A stretch of 64,000 bases of DNA from a candidate division WOR-3 bacterium. GTDB taxonomy: Bacteria; Hydrothermota; Tepidihabitantia; Tepidihabitantales; Tepidihabitantaceae. A program made the position numbers and the translations under genes. The notes beneath the pieces are model-generated. The model worked only from the letters and a program-made list of their open reading frames with translations, did no database searches and was not told the origin of the DNA. The stretch covers positions 8,704 through 72,703 of the forward strand of contig CBFGIT010000001.1 in assembly GCA_965648905.1 (NCBI GenBank). The letters run 5' to 3'. Below are positions 27,507 through 37,529 of the stretch, piece by piece; the stretch's first letter is position 1; each line of letters starts with the position of its first letter.

Positions 27507-27976
27507 CAGGTGACCACCCGCCGCACACCGCTGGTCCCGGTCTGTGCCAGGAGGGCCTGCACCGAGAGACCGAGCCGGGGATGGCAGAGCTCTGGTGCCA
27601 GCTCGGCCAGGGGCACGAGTACGAAGGGCCTGGTGTGCATGCGCGGGTGAGGCAGAACCAGACCGGGCAGGGCAAGGACCGAAGATTCGTAGAGCAGCAG
27701 GTCGATGTCTATCACCCTTGGACCCGGGCCCGGCACACGACCAAGACGCTGTTCAATCGCTTTGGTACTTTGGAACAGGCCCTCAGGCGCAAGCCCGGTT
27801 GTCAGTTGGACCACGCCGTTCAGGAACAGTGGGGCACCCGGCATGTCGACCGGCTCGGTCTCGTACCAGGACGAACGCCGGGTCTGGCCCAGGCTGCCGA
27901 GCTCGAGCACGGCTCTTTCAAGGGTGGCCTGACGGTCGCCAAGGTTGGCGCCCAGGCCCAGATACGCTTCGGCCAT
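27506..27976 (-). CDS. folK: 2-amino-4-hydroxy-6-hydroxymethyldihydropteridine pyrophosphokinase
   Basis: YLGLGANLGD..PRVIDIDLLLY is the classic HPPK signature. ATGA overlap with the dNK gene. Confidence 0.9.
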   Translation of the reverse strand: MAEAYLGLGANLGDRQATLERAVLELGSLGQTRRSSWYETEPVDMPGAPLFLNGVVQLTTGLAPEGLFQSTKAIEQRLGRVPGPGPRVIDIDLLLYESSVLALPGLVLPHPRMHTRPFVLVPLAELAPELCHPRLGLSVQALLAQTGTSGVRRVVT

Positions 27977-28016
27977 GAACTAAGAGTAGACAGCCGGAAG
28001 CAACTGTCAAACCCGG

Positions 28017-28226
28017 CTAGGACTGCTCAATCGGCCGGACCTTGAGGGCCCTCGGGCCACGCGGCGTGTCGGTCGTCTCGAACTGAACCCGCTGCTTGGG
28101 TTCAAGCGGCCTGTACTCCTGGCTGACCAGGTCGCCGAAGTGGACAAACACTTCGCGGCTGCCGTCATCCGGGGCGATGAAGCCGTAACCTTTCTGGGCA
28201 TCGAACCACTTCACTGTTCCAGTCAT
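28017..28226 (-). CDS. cspA: cold-shock protein (CspA family, S1-like OB fold)
   Basis: GTVKWFDAQKGYGFI (RNP1) and VFVHF (RNP2), 69 aa. Confidence 0.9.
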   Translation of the reverse strand: MTGTVKWFDAQKGYGFIAPDDGSREVFVHFGDLVSQEYRPLEPKQRVQFETTDTPRGPRALKVRPIEQS

Positions 28227-28303
28227 TCGGAGGTGTGCCTTTCGGTACAGCGCCTACTCTAGACGACCGGCCCGCGAAGTCAAGAACTGCCTTCGGCGAA
28301 CGG

Positions 28304-28331
28304 TTGACCGCTCACGGCCCGCCCCTATAAT
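28304..28331 (+). promoter_or_regulatory. candidate sigma70-type promoter (TTGACC-16 nt-TATAAT) for nnr; would give a near-leaderless transcript
   Basis: TTGACC 28304-28309, TATAAT 28326-28331, ATG at 28341 only ~10 nt downstream of the -10. Confidence 0.35.
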
Positions 28332-28340
28332 CTGACCTGT

Positions 28341-29906
28341 ATGATGCAGCGTATCGTTACCACCGAAGAAATGAAGGGAATTGACCGTCGGGCCACGACC
28401 AGTTGGCACATTCCGGGCATGGTCCTGATGGAGAATGCGGGCCGCTCAGTCGCCGATGCAGTTGAGCGCACATTCGAGAACCTTGCCGGCCACGCGGTTC
28501 TTGTAGTCTGCGGCAAGGGGAACAACGGCGGCGACGGCTTTGTCGCGGCCCGTCATCTGGCCAATCGTGGGATTCTGGCTCACTGCATCCTGCTCGGCCG
28601 GGCCAGCGAGCTGCGTGGTGACGCCCGTGCCAACTACGATATCCTCGTTGCCGGCGGGGCTGAGGTTACCGAGCTCGACTCGGCCGATGACCTTGTGCCG
28701 GCTCTTGTTCTCCACACGGTTGTGGTCGACGCCATCCTCGGCACCGGCCTGGACAAACCGCCCCGCGGACTTGTTGCCCAGGCGATTGAGATGATTGACG
28801 GTGCCGGCCTGTTCACGGTCGCGGTCGACGTTCCGTCCGGTCTCGATTCGACCACTGGCGCAGTTCCGGGCGTTGCCGTCCATGCCGACCTGACCGTGAC
28901 CATGGGCCTAGCCAAGACCGGGCTCTGGCTCTACCCGGGCCGCGAATACGTCGGTCAACTCGAACTGGCTGACATCGGCATTCCGGCGCCCCTGCTTGAT
29001 GGCGGCGACACGTTCCTGCCTGATGACGAGGCGGTTGCCGAACTGCTGCCGCAGCGCACCCGCCACGGTCACAAGGGTACATTCGGTACCTGTCTTGTGG
29101 TTGCCGGTTCCCAGGGATTCTCCGGTGCGGCGTCTCTTGCCGGAGCAGCCGCGGTCCGCTCCGGCTGCGGTCTGGTTCGACTGGCGATTCCGTCCGGCAT
29201 CGCGCCAATCGTCGAGGCGCGAGTGTTCGAGCCGGTGAAGCATCCGCTGCCCGAGACCAGCCTCCATACCATCTCGTCGGATGCAGTTCCGCTCGTGCTC
29301 GAACTTGCCCGGTCGTGCGACGCGATCGCGGTCGGCCCGGGCATCGGCACGAGTGATGAAACCCGCGACTTCCTGCTTCAGCTCCTTCCTGAACTGGATA
29401 AGCCGGTTGTGCTCGACGCTGATGCCCTCAATATCGTCGCCCGTAACCGGGACGTGCTGCGCAGAGTCCGGGCACCGGTTGTCCTCACGCCCCATCCCGG
29501 AGAGTTCAGCCGGCTTACCGACCTTGCGCCGGATTCAATCAATGCCGACCGCATCGGCATCAGCCGCCGGTTCGCCACTGAAAACGGCGTCGTGCTGGTG
29601 CTGAAGGGTGCTTCGACCGTGGTCGCCGGCCGCGACGGCCAGGTCATCATCAACCCGACCGGTAACTCCGGGCTGGCTTCCGGCGGCACCGGTGACGTGC
29701 TCACCGGGCTGTTGGCCGGTCTGCTTGCCCAGGGCATGAAACCGCTCGATGCCGCGACTGCTGCGGTCTATCTCCACGGCCTTGCGGCCGACATCGCGGC
29801 CAAAGATACCACCGAGTACTGCCTCGCTGCCGGCGACCTGCTCGCATTCCTGCCCGACGCCTTCCAGGCGGTCCTCCGTCGTCCCTCTGAACCGCTCGAC
29901 TCCTGA
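28341..29906 (+). CDS. nnr: bifunctional NAD(P)H-hydrate epimerase/dehydratase (YjeF_N + YjeF_C)
   Basis: 521 aa with the LMENAG N-domain motif and a C-terminal ribokinase-like carbohydrate kinase domain (GTGDVLTG). Confidence 0.9.
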   Translation: MMQRIVTTEEMKGIDRRATTSWHIPGMVLMENAGRSVADAVERTFENLAGHAVLVVCGKGNNGGDGFVAARHLANRGILAHCILLGRASELRGDARANYDILVAGGAEVTELDSADDLVPALVLHTVVVDAILGTGLDKPPRGLVAQAIEMIDGAGLFTVAVDVPSGLDSTTGAVPGVAVHADLTVTMGLAKTGLWLYPGREYVGQLELADIGIPAPLLDGGDTFLPDDEAVAELLPQRTRHGHKGTFGTCLVVAGSQGFSGAASLAGAAAVRSGCGLVRLAIPSGIAPIVEARVFEPVKHPLPETSLHTISSDAVPLVLELARSCDAIAVGPGIGTSDETRDFLLQLLPELDKPVVLDADALNIVARNRDVLRRVRAPVVLTPHPGEFSRLTDLAPDSINADRIGISRRFATENGVVLVLKGASTVVAGRDGQVIINPTGNSGLASGGTGDVLTGLLAGLLAQGMKPLDAATAAVYLHGLAADIAAKDTTEYCLAAGDLLAFLPDAFQAVLRRPSEPLDS

Positions 29907-29971
29907 CCATCCTCCTTCTCGTCGCCATCCTCGGCCTGTATCAGCCCGAGCTGTGGCAGGTCTATCCTTCG

Positions 29972-31336
29972 ATGGACGAGATTCGCTGCATCTCAACCAG
30001 CCCCAGCCGCCTGTTTGTCGCCGTGCCTCAGGGTGTCTACATCCTCAACCGGTTTGACTACTCCTATGTCCGCTGCCTGAACCGCGCCGACGGCATCGAC
30101 GGCGATGTGGAGCTCTGTGCCTGGAACCCGGGCCGCGGGAACCTGCTCGTCACCACGGCCGACCGCGTCTACGAGTACTCCGACGTTTCCGACCGGGTCA
30201 GTCAGCTCTTCCCGCCCTTTTCCGAAGTCCGTTCCATCGGCATTGCCGACGCGGCGTACTTTGATACCGACAAAGGGCTGTTCAGGAAACACCGCACTCT
30301 ACCCGAGTTCACCCCGGTCCAGAACTTGCCGCGTGAAGTCGCCTGGTACGGTGAGCGCGACACCTCCCGACCTCAGGACTATGTGTTTCTCAACCCCTAC
30401 TTCGTCGCCGACGAGCACCTCAACCAATACACAATCTCCCAGGTCAGGCCTGACCCGGTGCGCCGCAAGCTCTTTGTCGTGGCACCGGGCTACGGGCTCC
30501 TGGTGTACAGCCTGTCTTCCGGAACTCGTGAAACACTCATTCGGCTTGGACCGGCTGACCGGGCGCGCAACTTCATCCGCTTTGACGGGCAGCTCTGGTT
30601 CCTGACCCCGAACCGCAGCACGGCGCTCGACCCGCTCGGGCATTGGCGCTACTTCCTCACCCGGCCCGGGGACCCACCCCAGACTGCATCCCGCCTCCTG
30701 CAGCGCGGCGTCACCGACCTCATCCGTAACGAACGCCTGTTCTGTGTTCTTTCTGAGTCCGGTCTGCCAGCTCTTGATTCCTCGAGTCATCCTCCTCTGC
30801 TCGTCGGTACCAGTGATGGCATCTATCGCCTTGACGGAAAAGGCAGACTCAGCTCCGTACTCAAGCTCAATCGACCGGTCTACGCGCTCGCCCGGCTTAG
30901 AGACTCGGTGCTTGTCGGCACTGATGTCGGTCTCTTTCTTCTTACCGGCGACTCTCTGCTCAGTATCACCGACCCGTTCGGCCGCTCTGACTGGGGCGTG
31001 TACGACATCGTGCAGAGCCGAGCCGGCCTCTTACTTGCCAACCTCGGCGGCGTCACGATGCGCGCGCCGGACGGAACGTGGCTGCGCCTTGTCCCACCCG
31101 GTTTCGACCTGTCCCAGCCGGTTCGGGCCCTTGCCCAAGGCGGCCACTACCTGTTCGCGGGCACGCCTGCCGGCCTGCTCGCCTGCAACACCAAAGACCA
31201 GTCCTGGACCGTGATTGACTCGAGTCTGGGTCTGCCCGCGCCGGACATCATCGGCCTCTCTGCCGACGACCACTATCTCTGGATTGCCTCGCCCGGCCTG
31301 CTCGCCCGCTTCGACTATACGAAAGCTCTCAAGTAG
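29972..31336 (+). CDS. hypothetical beta-propeller-like protein
   Basis: 454-aa ORF with high coding GC3 bias and no recognisable catalytic motif. An upstream in-frame hydrophobic segment lacks a canonical start codon. Confidence 0.5.
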   Translation: MDEIRCISTSPSRLFVAVPQGVYILNRFDYSYVRCLNRADGIDGDVELCAWNPGRGNLLVTTADRVYEYSDVSDRVSQLFPPFSEVRSIGIADAAYFDTDKGLFRKHRTLPEFTPVQNLPREVAWYGERDTSRPQDYVFLNPYFVADEHLNQYTISQVRPDPVRRKLFVVAPGYGLLVYSLSSGTRETLIRLGPADRARNFIRFDGQLWFLTPNRSTALDPLGHWRYFLTRPGDPPQTASRLLQRGVTDLIRNERLFCVLSESGLPALDSSSHPPLLVGTSDGIYRLDGKGRLSSVLKLNRPVYALARLRDSVLVGTDVGLFLLTGDSLLSITDPFGRSDWGVYDIVQSRAGLLLANLGGVTMRAPDGTWLRLVPPGFDLSQPVRALAQGGHYLFAGTPAGLLACNTKDQSWTVIDSSLGLPAPDIIGLSADDHYLWIASPGLLARFDYTKALK

Positions 31337-31429
31337 GTCCGGCTCCTGCTCGCCCTTCTACACCCTGACCTTTGGCTTGCGCGTCGGGCGCACCGTGTCC
31401 TCTGGTTCAATTTCGGATTCCGTGTGCGA

Positions 31430-31458
31430 CTTGAGCGCCACTCCCAACCCGAGTATAA
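31430..31458 (+). promoter_or_regulatory. candidate promoter TTGAGC-17 nt-TATAAT upstream of the C25 peptidase gene
   Basis: Perfect TATAAT at 31453-31458 with TTGAGC 17 nt upstream, ~120 nt before ATG 31575. Confidence 0.35.
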
Positions 31459-31574
31459 TTATCTGCCAGTCCGCGGGGTGACACTGCGGCTGGCACGGCG
31501 CGTGCGCGAGCAGCAGCGCGGGGCTGCCGTAAGTCGCAGGCGCTCTGGGTCTGCATCCGCATCTGGAGTCTGTC

Positions 31575-34500
31575 ATGCCGAGAACCTTCTCCGCTTGGCT
31601 TGTCTGCACTGTCTGTTTTTCCTCGGCGCTCGCCTTGCCGGGCGCACGTTACCTGATAATCACCGCTGACGCTCTGGCCGGTGCGGTTCAGCCGCTGGCC
31701 GAGTGGAAGACGACAAAGGGAATGGCGGCAAGAGTCGTGCCGCTTTCCGAGGCCGGAACCACGCCCGCCGCAATCAAGGCATACATCCTCAACGCGTATC
31801 AGAACTGGCCGGTTCGACCCGAGTTCGTGCTGCTGGTCGGCAGTCCGACCCTGGTACCAAGCTATCAGAGCTGGGATGACGGCTACTATGGGAACATGGT
31901 CGGTAATCGGCTGGTCGAGTTGCCGGTCGGCCGTCTGCCTGCGGCGACCGCGCGCGAGTGCAGCACCATGGCCGCCAAAATCCTGGCCTATGAGAACCCC
32001 GCACCCGGTGCTGATTCAACGTGGTATCTTAAGGGCACGACCGTGGTGCGCGAAGACGTGCCGCCTGATGCTTACTACATGGCCGACGCCCGGCTCGTGC
32101 ACAACTGGTGGCTCGGTGCCGGTTACACCATGGTCGAGAGTCTGAGCAACGTCTACGGTGATTCCAGCACTGACGTCAATGCGGCCGGAAGTGAAGGTCG
32201 GGCCTTTGTGCTCTATCGCGGTCAGGCAACGGCAACCTGGTACACACCATTTCACCAGGTCACTTTTGGTAGCTGGACCAATGGCACCAAACTGCCAGTC
32301 ATTGTCAGCGCGACCTGCTATACCGTGACCTTAGCACCGGGCGAGTCGTTCTACGGCGACCAGGCAGTGCGGGCCGGGACTCCGGCTGTGCCCGCGGGCG
32401 CAGTCGCATTCTTCGGCCCAAGCCGTGGTGCGAGCAGCGTGTCGCGCTACCGCAGCGCGGCCGCGCGCGGGTTCTTCCGCGCCCTGTTCGAGGAGAACAG
32501 GTTCCGACTGGGCGACGCCTGTCTGCGCGGCAAGTTCGCGGTTGATTCGCTCTACGGCGACTCGGTCCGCTACATCGAGTGGAACCTGCTCGGCGACCCG
32601 GAGCTGAACGTCTGGACCGGTGTACCGCGGCGACCGACTGTTGTTCACGACACGGCCGTGTCTAGAGACAGCACTGTTTTTCAGGTTGAAGTTCGGGCCT
32701 CGGGCGCACCGGTGGCCAATGCCCTGGTCTGCGTCGCCATGGACTCAACGGTCTACGAGTACGGTGAAACCGACGACGCCGGTCGGGTTCAGCTTGTCAT
32801 CTGTCCGCTCCATTCCGGCAACCTGACTGTCACTGTGACCGGCCGGAACCTGAGGCCTTATCAAGGCACCTGCCGCGTGACCGGTCAGGACATTGCGTGC
32901 ACCAGGGTTGTGGCGCCGGTCGGCGTGATTGACTCGGGCACGGTTGTTACTCCCGAATGTGAGCTGTTCAACGCCGGCAGCACAACAGAAACCTACCCGG
33001 TGCGGATGCGCTTTGGCGGCACGTATGACCAGACCGTGGTCGTGGTCGGACACCCGGCCGGAACGACGCGTCGGGTCCAGTTCGCGAGCTGGACCGCCCT
33101 GCGCCGGGGCACGTTTGCGGTCCGTTGCTCGTGTTCTTTGACCGGTGACCGGGACAGCACCAACAATCTCGCGGTTGACTCGGTCTCGGTCCGAGTCAGA
33201 GATGTTGGTGTCGCCGTGCTTGTTGCCCCGCGCGGCGGAGTTCTTGTCGGATTGCCAGTGGTACCGGCCTGTACGGTGCGTAACTACGGGACCAGTACTG
33301 AAGACTACCAGGTGCGGATGACAATCGGTGCCGATTACTGCGAGTCGGTTGCAGTTGCCGGACACCCGGCCGGCACAAGCCAACTAGTCCAGTTTCCGAC
33401 CTGGCTGGCCGGCCCGCCCGGCGCGCTGGCCGTGCGTTGCTCTACCGAGCTCGGGCCGGACCAGGTCAAGGCGAATGACTGGGCCACCGCCCTGATTGCG
33501 GTCGACTTCGTGGATGTGATGGTGAAGGCGGTACTGCGGCCCTTTCTCGTCGGCCGCGTCGGCCAGGTGGTCATTCCGCGTTTGCGCATCGGCAACTCCG
33601 GCGGTGCTGCCAGCGTCTGCGGCCTCAGAGTCGAGATCTATGACCCGGCCAACGTTCTGGTCTATGCTGCGGCCGACACCGGACTTGTGGTTGAACCGGC
33701 TGCGGTGCTGGAGCACGATTTTGCCCGGCCCTGGGTGCCGGCCGCAACCGGTGCCTATCGGATCGTCGCTTTCGTCAGCGCAATGGGCGATACCTGCCAG
33801 GCCAACGATACCCTGCGCTCAACCTGCACGGTTCGCACCGGCACAATCGGCTGGCAGTCCGGCCCGGCCCTTGTGTCGGGTGCCGGCCCGGTTGGTGCCG
33901 GTGGCTGGCTGGCCGGCGCCGAGGGCGACCTGCGCTTCTACGCAGCCAAGGGTAACCGCACCGCCGAGTTCTACTCCTTTGACCCAGTCAGCATTGCTTG
34001 GACCACTCGGCAGTCACTACCGGCCTTGCCGGACGGACAGCTTCCGGGAAAGGGAGCCGCCGGCTGTTCCGACGGTCAGGGCTGGGTCTATGCTGTCAAA
34101 GGCAACAATACCCTGAGCTTCTACCGATACCGGACCAGCGCCGACTCCTGGCAGACACGAGCCGACGTGCCGCTGGGTACCTACCGGAAAAAAGTCAAGG
34201 CCGGAACCGACCTGGTGTTTGCTCCTGGGCCGGACTCGTCCGGGCCCGGCTCTGTCTACCTGCTCAAAGGGCCGAAGGATGAGTTCTATCGCTACGACCC
34301 GGGCCGCGACGCCTGGCAGACACTCGCCTCACCCCCGGCTGGCCGGGCTCCGAAGTGGAACCTCGGGTCCTGGCTGGTCTCTGACGGCGACAGCCTGATC
34401 TACGCGCACAAGGCCAAGTACCACGACTTCTGTGTCTACAACCTGAAGAACAATACGTGGAGCAGCAAACCCTCGGGCATGCCGCTGGTCAGCCGGATTA

Positions 34501-35096
34501 CGGGCAAGAGCAAGGAATCCAAGGACGGCGGCTGCGCAACGTGGTTCGAGTCGAGCATCTATGCGCTCAAAGGCGGCAGCACCCAGGAGTTCTGGCAGTA
34601 CACGCCGCGTTCCGACTCCTGGCATGAGCTTGACACCATGCCTCAGGTCGGCACAGGCGGCAAGAAGAAGAAAGTCAAGGCCGGGGCTGACATCGTCGGA
34701 TTGGGTGGAGTCCTCTACGCCCTCAAGGGCAACAAGACTCTCGAGTTCTGGCAGTACGTGCCGCAGACGCTGGACGCGGTACGCTTGACGCCCGACGCCG
34801 GCGGGGTGGTAACAAACGTGATGCGTGACGCGTCTGATTTCGTGCGTCTGTCACCCAACCCGCTGCGCACCGGCTGCACGACACTGAGGCTGAGTCAACG
34901 GCTGACCCAGTATTCCGATGGTCCGCTAGAGGTCAGTATCATTGACGTCTCCGGTCGTCTCGTTTTCCGTTCGTCATTCGCCACTCGGACTTCGTCATTG
35001 CCTCTTGACCTGCGTGGTTTGAGCGCCGGCGTCTACGCCGTGCGTCTGTCCAGCGGCAGCAACTCGGTGACAAGGAAGCTCGTGGTCCAGCACTGA
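31575..35096 (+). CDS. gingipain-like cysteine peptidase (C25 family) with CARDB/Ig-like repeats, kelch-like beta-propeller and T9SS C-terminal sorting domain
   Basis: Signal peptide, C25 catalytic-domain N-terminus (YLIITADALAGAVQPLAEWKTTKG), several ~100-aa CARDB-like repeats, propeller repeats and a CTD ending VYAVRLSSGSNSVTRKLVVQH. Confidence 0.85.
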   Translation: MPRTFSAWLVCTVCFSSALALPGARYLIITADALAGAVQPLAEWKTTKGMAARVVPLSEAGTTPAAIKAYILNAYQNWPVRPEFVLLVGSPTLVPSYQSWDDGYYGNMVGNRLVELPVGRLPAATARECSTMAAKILAYENPAPGADSTWYLKGTTVVREDVPPDAYYMADARLVHNWWLGAGYTMVESLSNVYGDSSTDVNAAGSEGRAFVLYRGQATATWYTPFHQVTFGSWTNGTKLPVIVSATCYTVTLAPGESFYGDQAVRAGTPAVPAGAVAFFGPSRGASSVSRYRSAAARGFFRALFEENRFRLGDACLRGKFAVDSLYGDSVRYIEWNLLGDPELNVWTGVPRRPTVVHDTAVSRDSTVFQVEVRASGAPVANALVCVAMDSTVYEYGETDDAGRVQLVICPLHSGNLTVTVTGRNLRPYQGTCRVTGQDIACTRVVAPVGVIDSGTVVTPECELFNAGSTTETYPVRMRFGGTYDQTVVVVGHPAGTTRRVQFASWTALRRGTFAVRCSCSLTGDRDSTNNLAVDSVSVRVRDVGVAVLVAPRGGVLVGLPVVPACTVRNYGTSTEDYQVRMTIGADYCESVAVAGHPAGTSQLVQFPTWLAGPPGALAVRCSTELGPDQVKANDWATALIAVDFVDVMVKAVLRPFLVGRVGQVVIPRLRIGNSGGAASVCGLRVEIYDPANVLVYAAADTGLVVEPAAVLEHDFARPWVPAATGAYRIVAFVSAMGDTCQANDTLRSTCTVRTGTIGWQSGPALVSGAGPVGAGGWLAGAEGDLRFYAAKGNRTAEFYSFDPVSIAWTTRQSLPALPDGQLPGKGAAGCSDGQGWVYAVKGNNTLSFYRYRTSADSWQTRADVPLGTYRKKVKAGTDLVFAPGPDSSGPGSVYLLKGPKDEFYRYDPGRDAWQTLASPPAGRAPKWNLGSWLVSDGDSLIYAHKAKYHDFCVYNLKNNTWSSKPSGMPLVSRITGKSKESKDGGCATWFESSIYALKGGSTQEFWQYTPRSDSWHELDTMPQVGTGGKKKKVKAGADIVGLGGVLYALKGNKTLEFWQYVPQTLDAVRLTPDAGGVVTNVMRDASDFVRLSPNPLRTGCTTLRLSQRLTQYSDGPLEVSIIDVSGRLVFRSSFATRTSSLPLDLRGLSAGVYAVRLSSGSNSVTRKLVVQH

Positions 35097-35147
35097 CCCC
35101 GGACTGCCGGTTGCTCACGCCGGACCGAGGTCAGGGCGGCGCTTCGC

Positions 35148-36866
35148 TCAGCGGGTCAGTCGGCCGAATGTGGCAGGGTCGTGTTCGAACGGCACCTGCC
35201 AGACCGCGATGTCGTTGAGCCGGGACTGGAATCGAACCGCGTTCGCCGCCCAGTCTTTGCCGACCGGACCGAACTCAGCGAGCGGACAGGAGAGCTCGGC
35301 AGTCCAGAAGTCCTTGTCCCGGTGCGTAACGACGCACCAGTTGCCGTCCCACCCGTAGTCCTTCCTGCTTTGACTTCCTTGCATGACGCAGCGGCGGTCC
35401 GCGATTGCGCCCGCGGCATTGACGAACAACTGGTAGTACTCACGGTCTGACCCGAAGCTGAGTACGAGGTTGACGTGGTCATCATCGCTCACCCGGCTGT
35501 CGCGCTCGGTGGCGGTGGTTCTGATACGGGCGGTATCTGATTCCTGACACCGGATTGCCATAAAGAGCAGACTGTCATCCGCGCCGAGCCAGACTTCGAC
35601 CGGCTCGATGGCCCGGCGTGCCCCAGTTCTTGCGCCGAAGCCGCGCAGGGACGCAGGAGTCTGCCAGCAGGGGTCGTCGAGCCTGCCGTCAAGCAAAGGG
35701 CGTGCACATACCTGAATCAGCCGGGCCTCGCGCCGGACCGGCAGGCAGGCGCTCAGTTCGGTTCGCCTCCCCGGCAGGTACTCAAACGGCATGGTGTACC
35801 AAGGGAGCGGGTAGGTAATGTCCGACCCGGGCAGGCTGAGCAGAAATGATTGGCTGAGACTGGCGTGGGGTGCCAGAGCAAAGCCCATCCGGCCAGGAAG
35901 GACCTTCCAGGCGCTCGCTGAGTCGTGCCAGACAAACTCGCCCGATGCATGCGCTGCCGTCAAGTTGCGAAGCGTTACCTGCGCGGATGTCGACAGGCGG
36001 TCAGCCTCGGGCACACTCAGACGCTCGATCGTCACAACCTCGCGCCGGGCCTGGTCTAGTGCCTGAACTGCTTCCCATGTCACGACGCTTGCTGGGAGTG
36101 GTGCGTAGCGGCCCGGCTCGCGCACCGTGATGGTCACGGTGTCACCGTTGATGCGGCACCAGAGGTAGTTCTGGAACCCACCCTGTTCCCGATTGTCGAA
36201 TCGCTTGGTGCGGCTGCCGGACGGCCCGACCTGGATGTATCGGATGCTGTCCTGAGTGTGGGTGCAGTAGAAATGGTCGTGGCCGGTGAAGACGTAGTCA
36301 ACACCGTAGCGCAAGAACAAGTCATGCATCGCGTCAGGTTGTCCGGTCTCAAGCGCATGTCGCCACCAGGGCCGGTGCATCAGGACGAACGTGTGCCGGC
36401 TGCGGCGGGCCCGGGCAAGCTCGGATTCAAGCCCGCGCAGCTCAGAACCGGGCATGGATTCAAATGCGGGCCAGCGGCTGTTGTCAACAACGACGAAGCT
36501 GGCGTTACCGAGGCGAATGGTTCGCCGCCGCGGCCCGACCCGTCGAGCAAAGACCGTCTCGCTCGCCGCATCAAAGATGTCGTGGTTGCCCGGGCAGGCG
36601 TAGAACGGCACCCCGACCGAGCGGACCAGACCAAGCACCGAATCCCACTCCTGATTGAGCGCAACCCCATCCTTGGTGTAGCCTTCAATCAGGTCTCCAA
36701 CGCTGAGAACGAAGTCCGGGCCAAGCAGTTTGACCTCGTCGAGTATCTGAGCAAAAACCCTGGGCCGGGCACTGCCGGTTCGGTCGCCGAGCACGGCAAA
36801 GGTGAGTGGAGCTGCAGCGAGGGACCAGCCGCAGGTCAATAGGAGCAGTGCGCTGCGTTTGGGCAC
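35148..36866 (-). CDS. secreted calcineurin-like metallophosphoesterase
   Basis: GTG start, signal peptide, and metallophosphatase motifs GD..D, GNHD, GHDH. Confidence 0.75.
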   Translation of the reverse strand: MPKRSALLLLTCGWSLAAAPLTFAVLGDRTGSARPRVFAQILDEVKLLGPDFVLSVGDLIEGYTKDGVALNQEWDSVLGLVRSVGVPFYACPGNHDIFDAASETVFARRVGPRRRTIRLGNASFVVVDNSRWPAFESMPGSELRGLESELARARRSRHTFVLMHRPWWRHALETGQPDAMHDLFLRYGVDYVFTGHDHFYCTHTQDSIRYIQVGPSGSRTKRFDNREQGGFQNYLWCRINGDTVTITVREPGRYAPLPASVVTWEAVQALDQARREVVTIERLSVPEADRLSTSAQVTLRNLTAAHASGEFVWHDSASAWKVLPGRMGFALAPHASLSQSFLLSLPGSDITYPLPWYTMPFEYLPGRRTELSACLPVRREARLIQVCARPLLDGRLDDPCWQTPASLRGFGARTGARRAIEPVEVWLGADDSLLFMAIRCQESDTARIRTTATERDSRVSDDDHVNLVLSFGSDREYYQLFVNAAGAIADRRCVMQGSQSRKDYGWDGNWCVVTHRDKDFWTAELSCPLAEFGPVGKDWAANAVRFQSRLNDIAVWQVPFEHDPATFGRLTR

Positions 36867-36872
36867 AGGCGG

Positions 36873-37517
36873 TCAGGGGACGATGACATGCACGGTGCGG
36901 GACACAGACCAGTCGCCGAAACCGTGCGCCTCGTCTCGTACCCGCACCCGGACCTGATATGCACCCGGTTCGCGCCAGACATGGACTGCCCGACAAATTG
37001 CGCCCGAGGCATAGCCGGCCGCAACATAGGTCTCGCCATCACCCCAGTCGAACTCATAGGTGACAAGGTCGGATTCAGGGTCAGTGACCGTGGCTGAGTA
37101 CTCGGTGATTGTGTCAAGAAACGTCGTGTCCGGGCCGAGCACACGCCCGGGCGTGCCCGGAGCGGAATTGATGACCGTGACGGTCAGTGCTTCAGACCAG
37201 TCTGAGAGCCGGCCCGTGTTGTCGAGCGCCCGGGCACGCACTGGAAAGCAGCCCGTGTCAGCCCAGGCGTGGTCGAACCAGACCGTGTCGCCCGAGCGTA
37301 CTGCCGGGCCGGTATCCACCGTGCCGTCACCCCAATGGCAGAGATACTGCACCCGCTCCGGTCTCTCGCTTTGCCCCGTGATTCGAAACCGGCCCAGTGC
37401 CCGCTGACCCAGGGTGTCGGGCCCGACCGGCCGGTAAGGCATGCTCGGCAGCCTGGTCTGGCAAGAGGGCAGGAGCGCTGCCCAGATGAGCAGCGCTCCT
37501 GCAACTAGCTGACGCAA
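36873..37517 (-). CDS. secreted protein with two PKD-like domains
   Basis: Signal peptide plus repeated WGDG/FDWGDGE PKD signature. Confidence 0.6.
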   Translation of the reverse strand: MRQLVAGALLIWAALLPSCQTRLPSMPYRPVGPDTLGQRALGRFRITGQSERPERVQYLCHWGDGTVDTGPAVRSGDTVWFDHAWADTGCFPVRARALDNTGRLSDWSEALTVTVINSAPGTPGRVLGPDTTFLDTITEYSATVTDPESDLVTYEFDWGDGETYVAAGYASGAICRAVHVWREPGAYQVRVRVRDEAHGFGDWSVSRTVHVIVP

Positions 37518-37529
37518 GCGAACCCGCGC

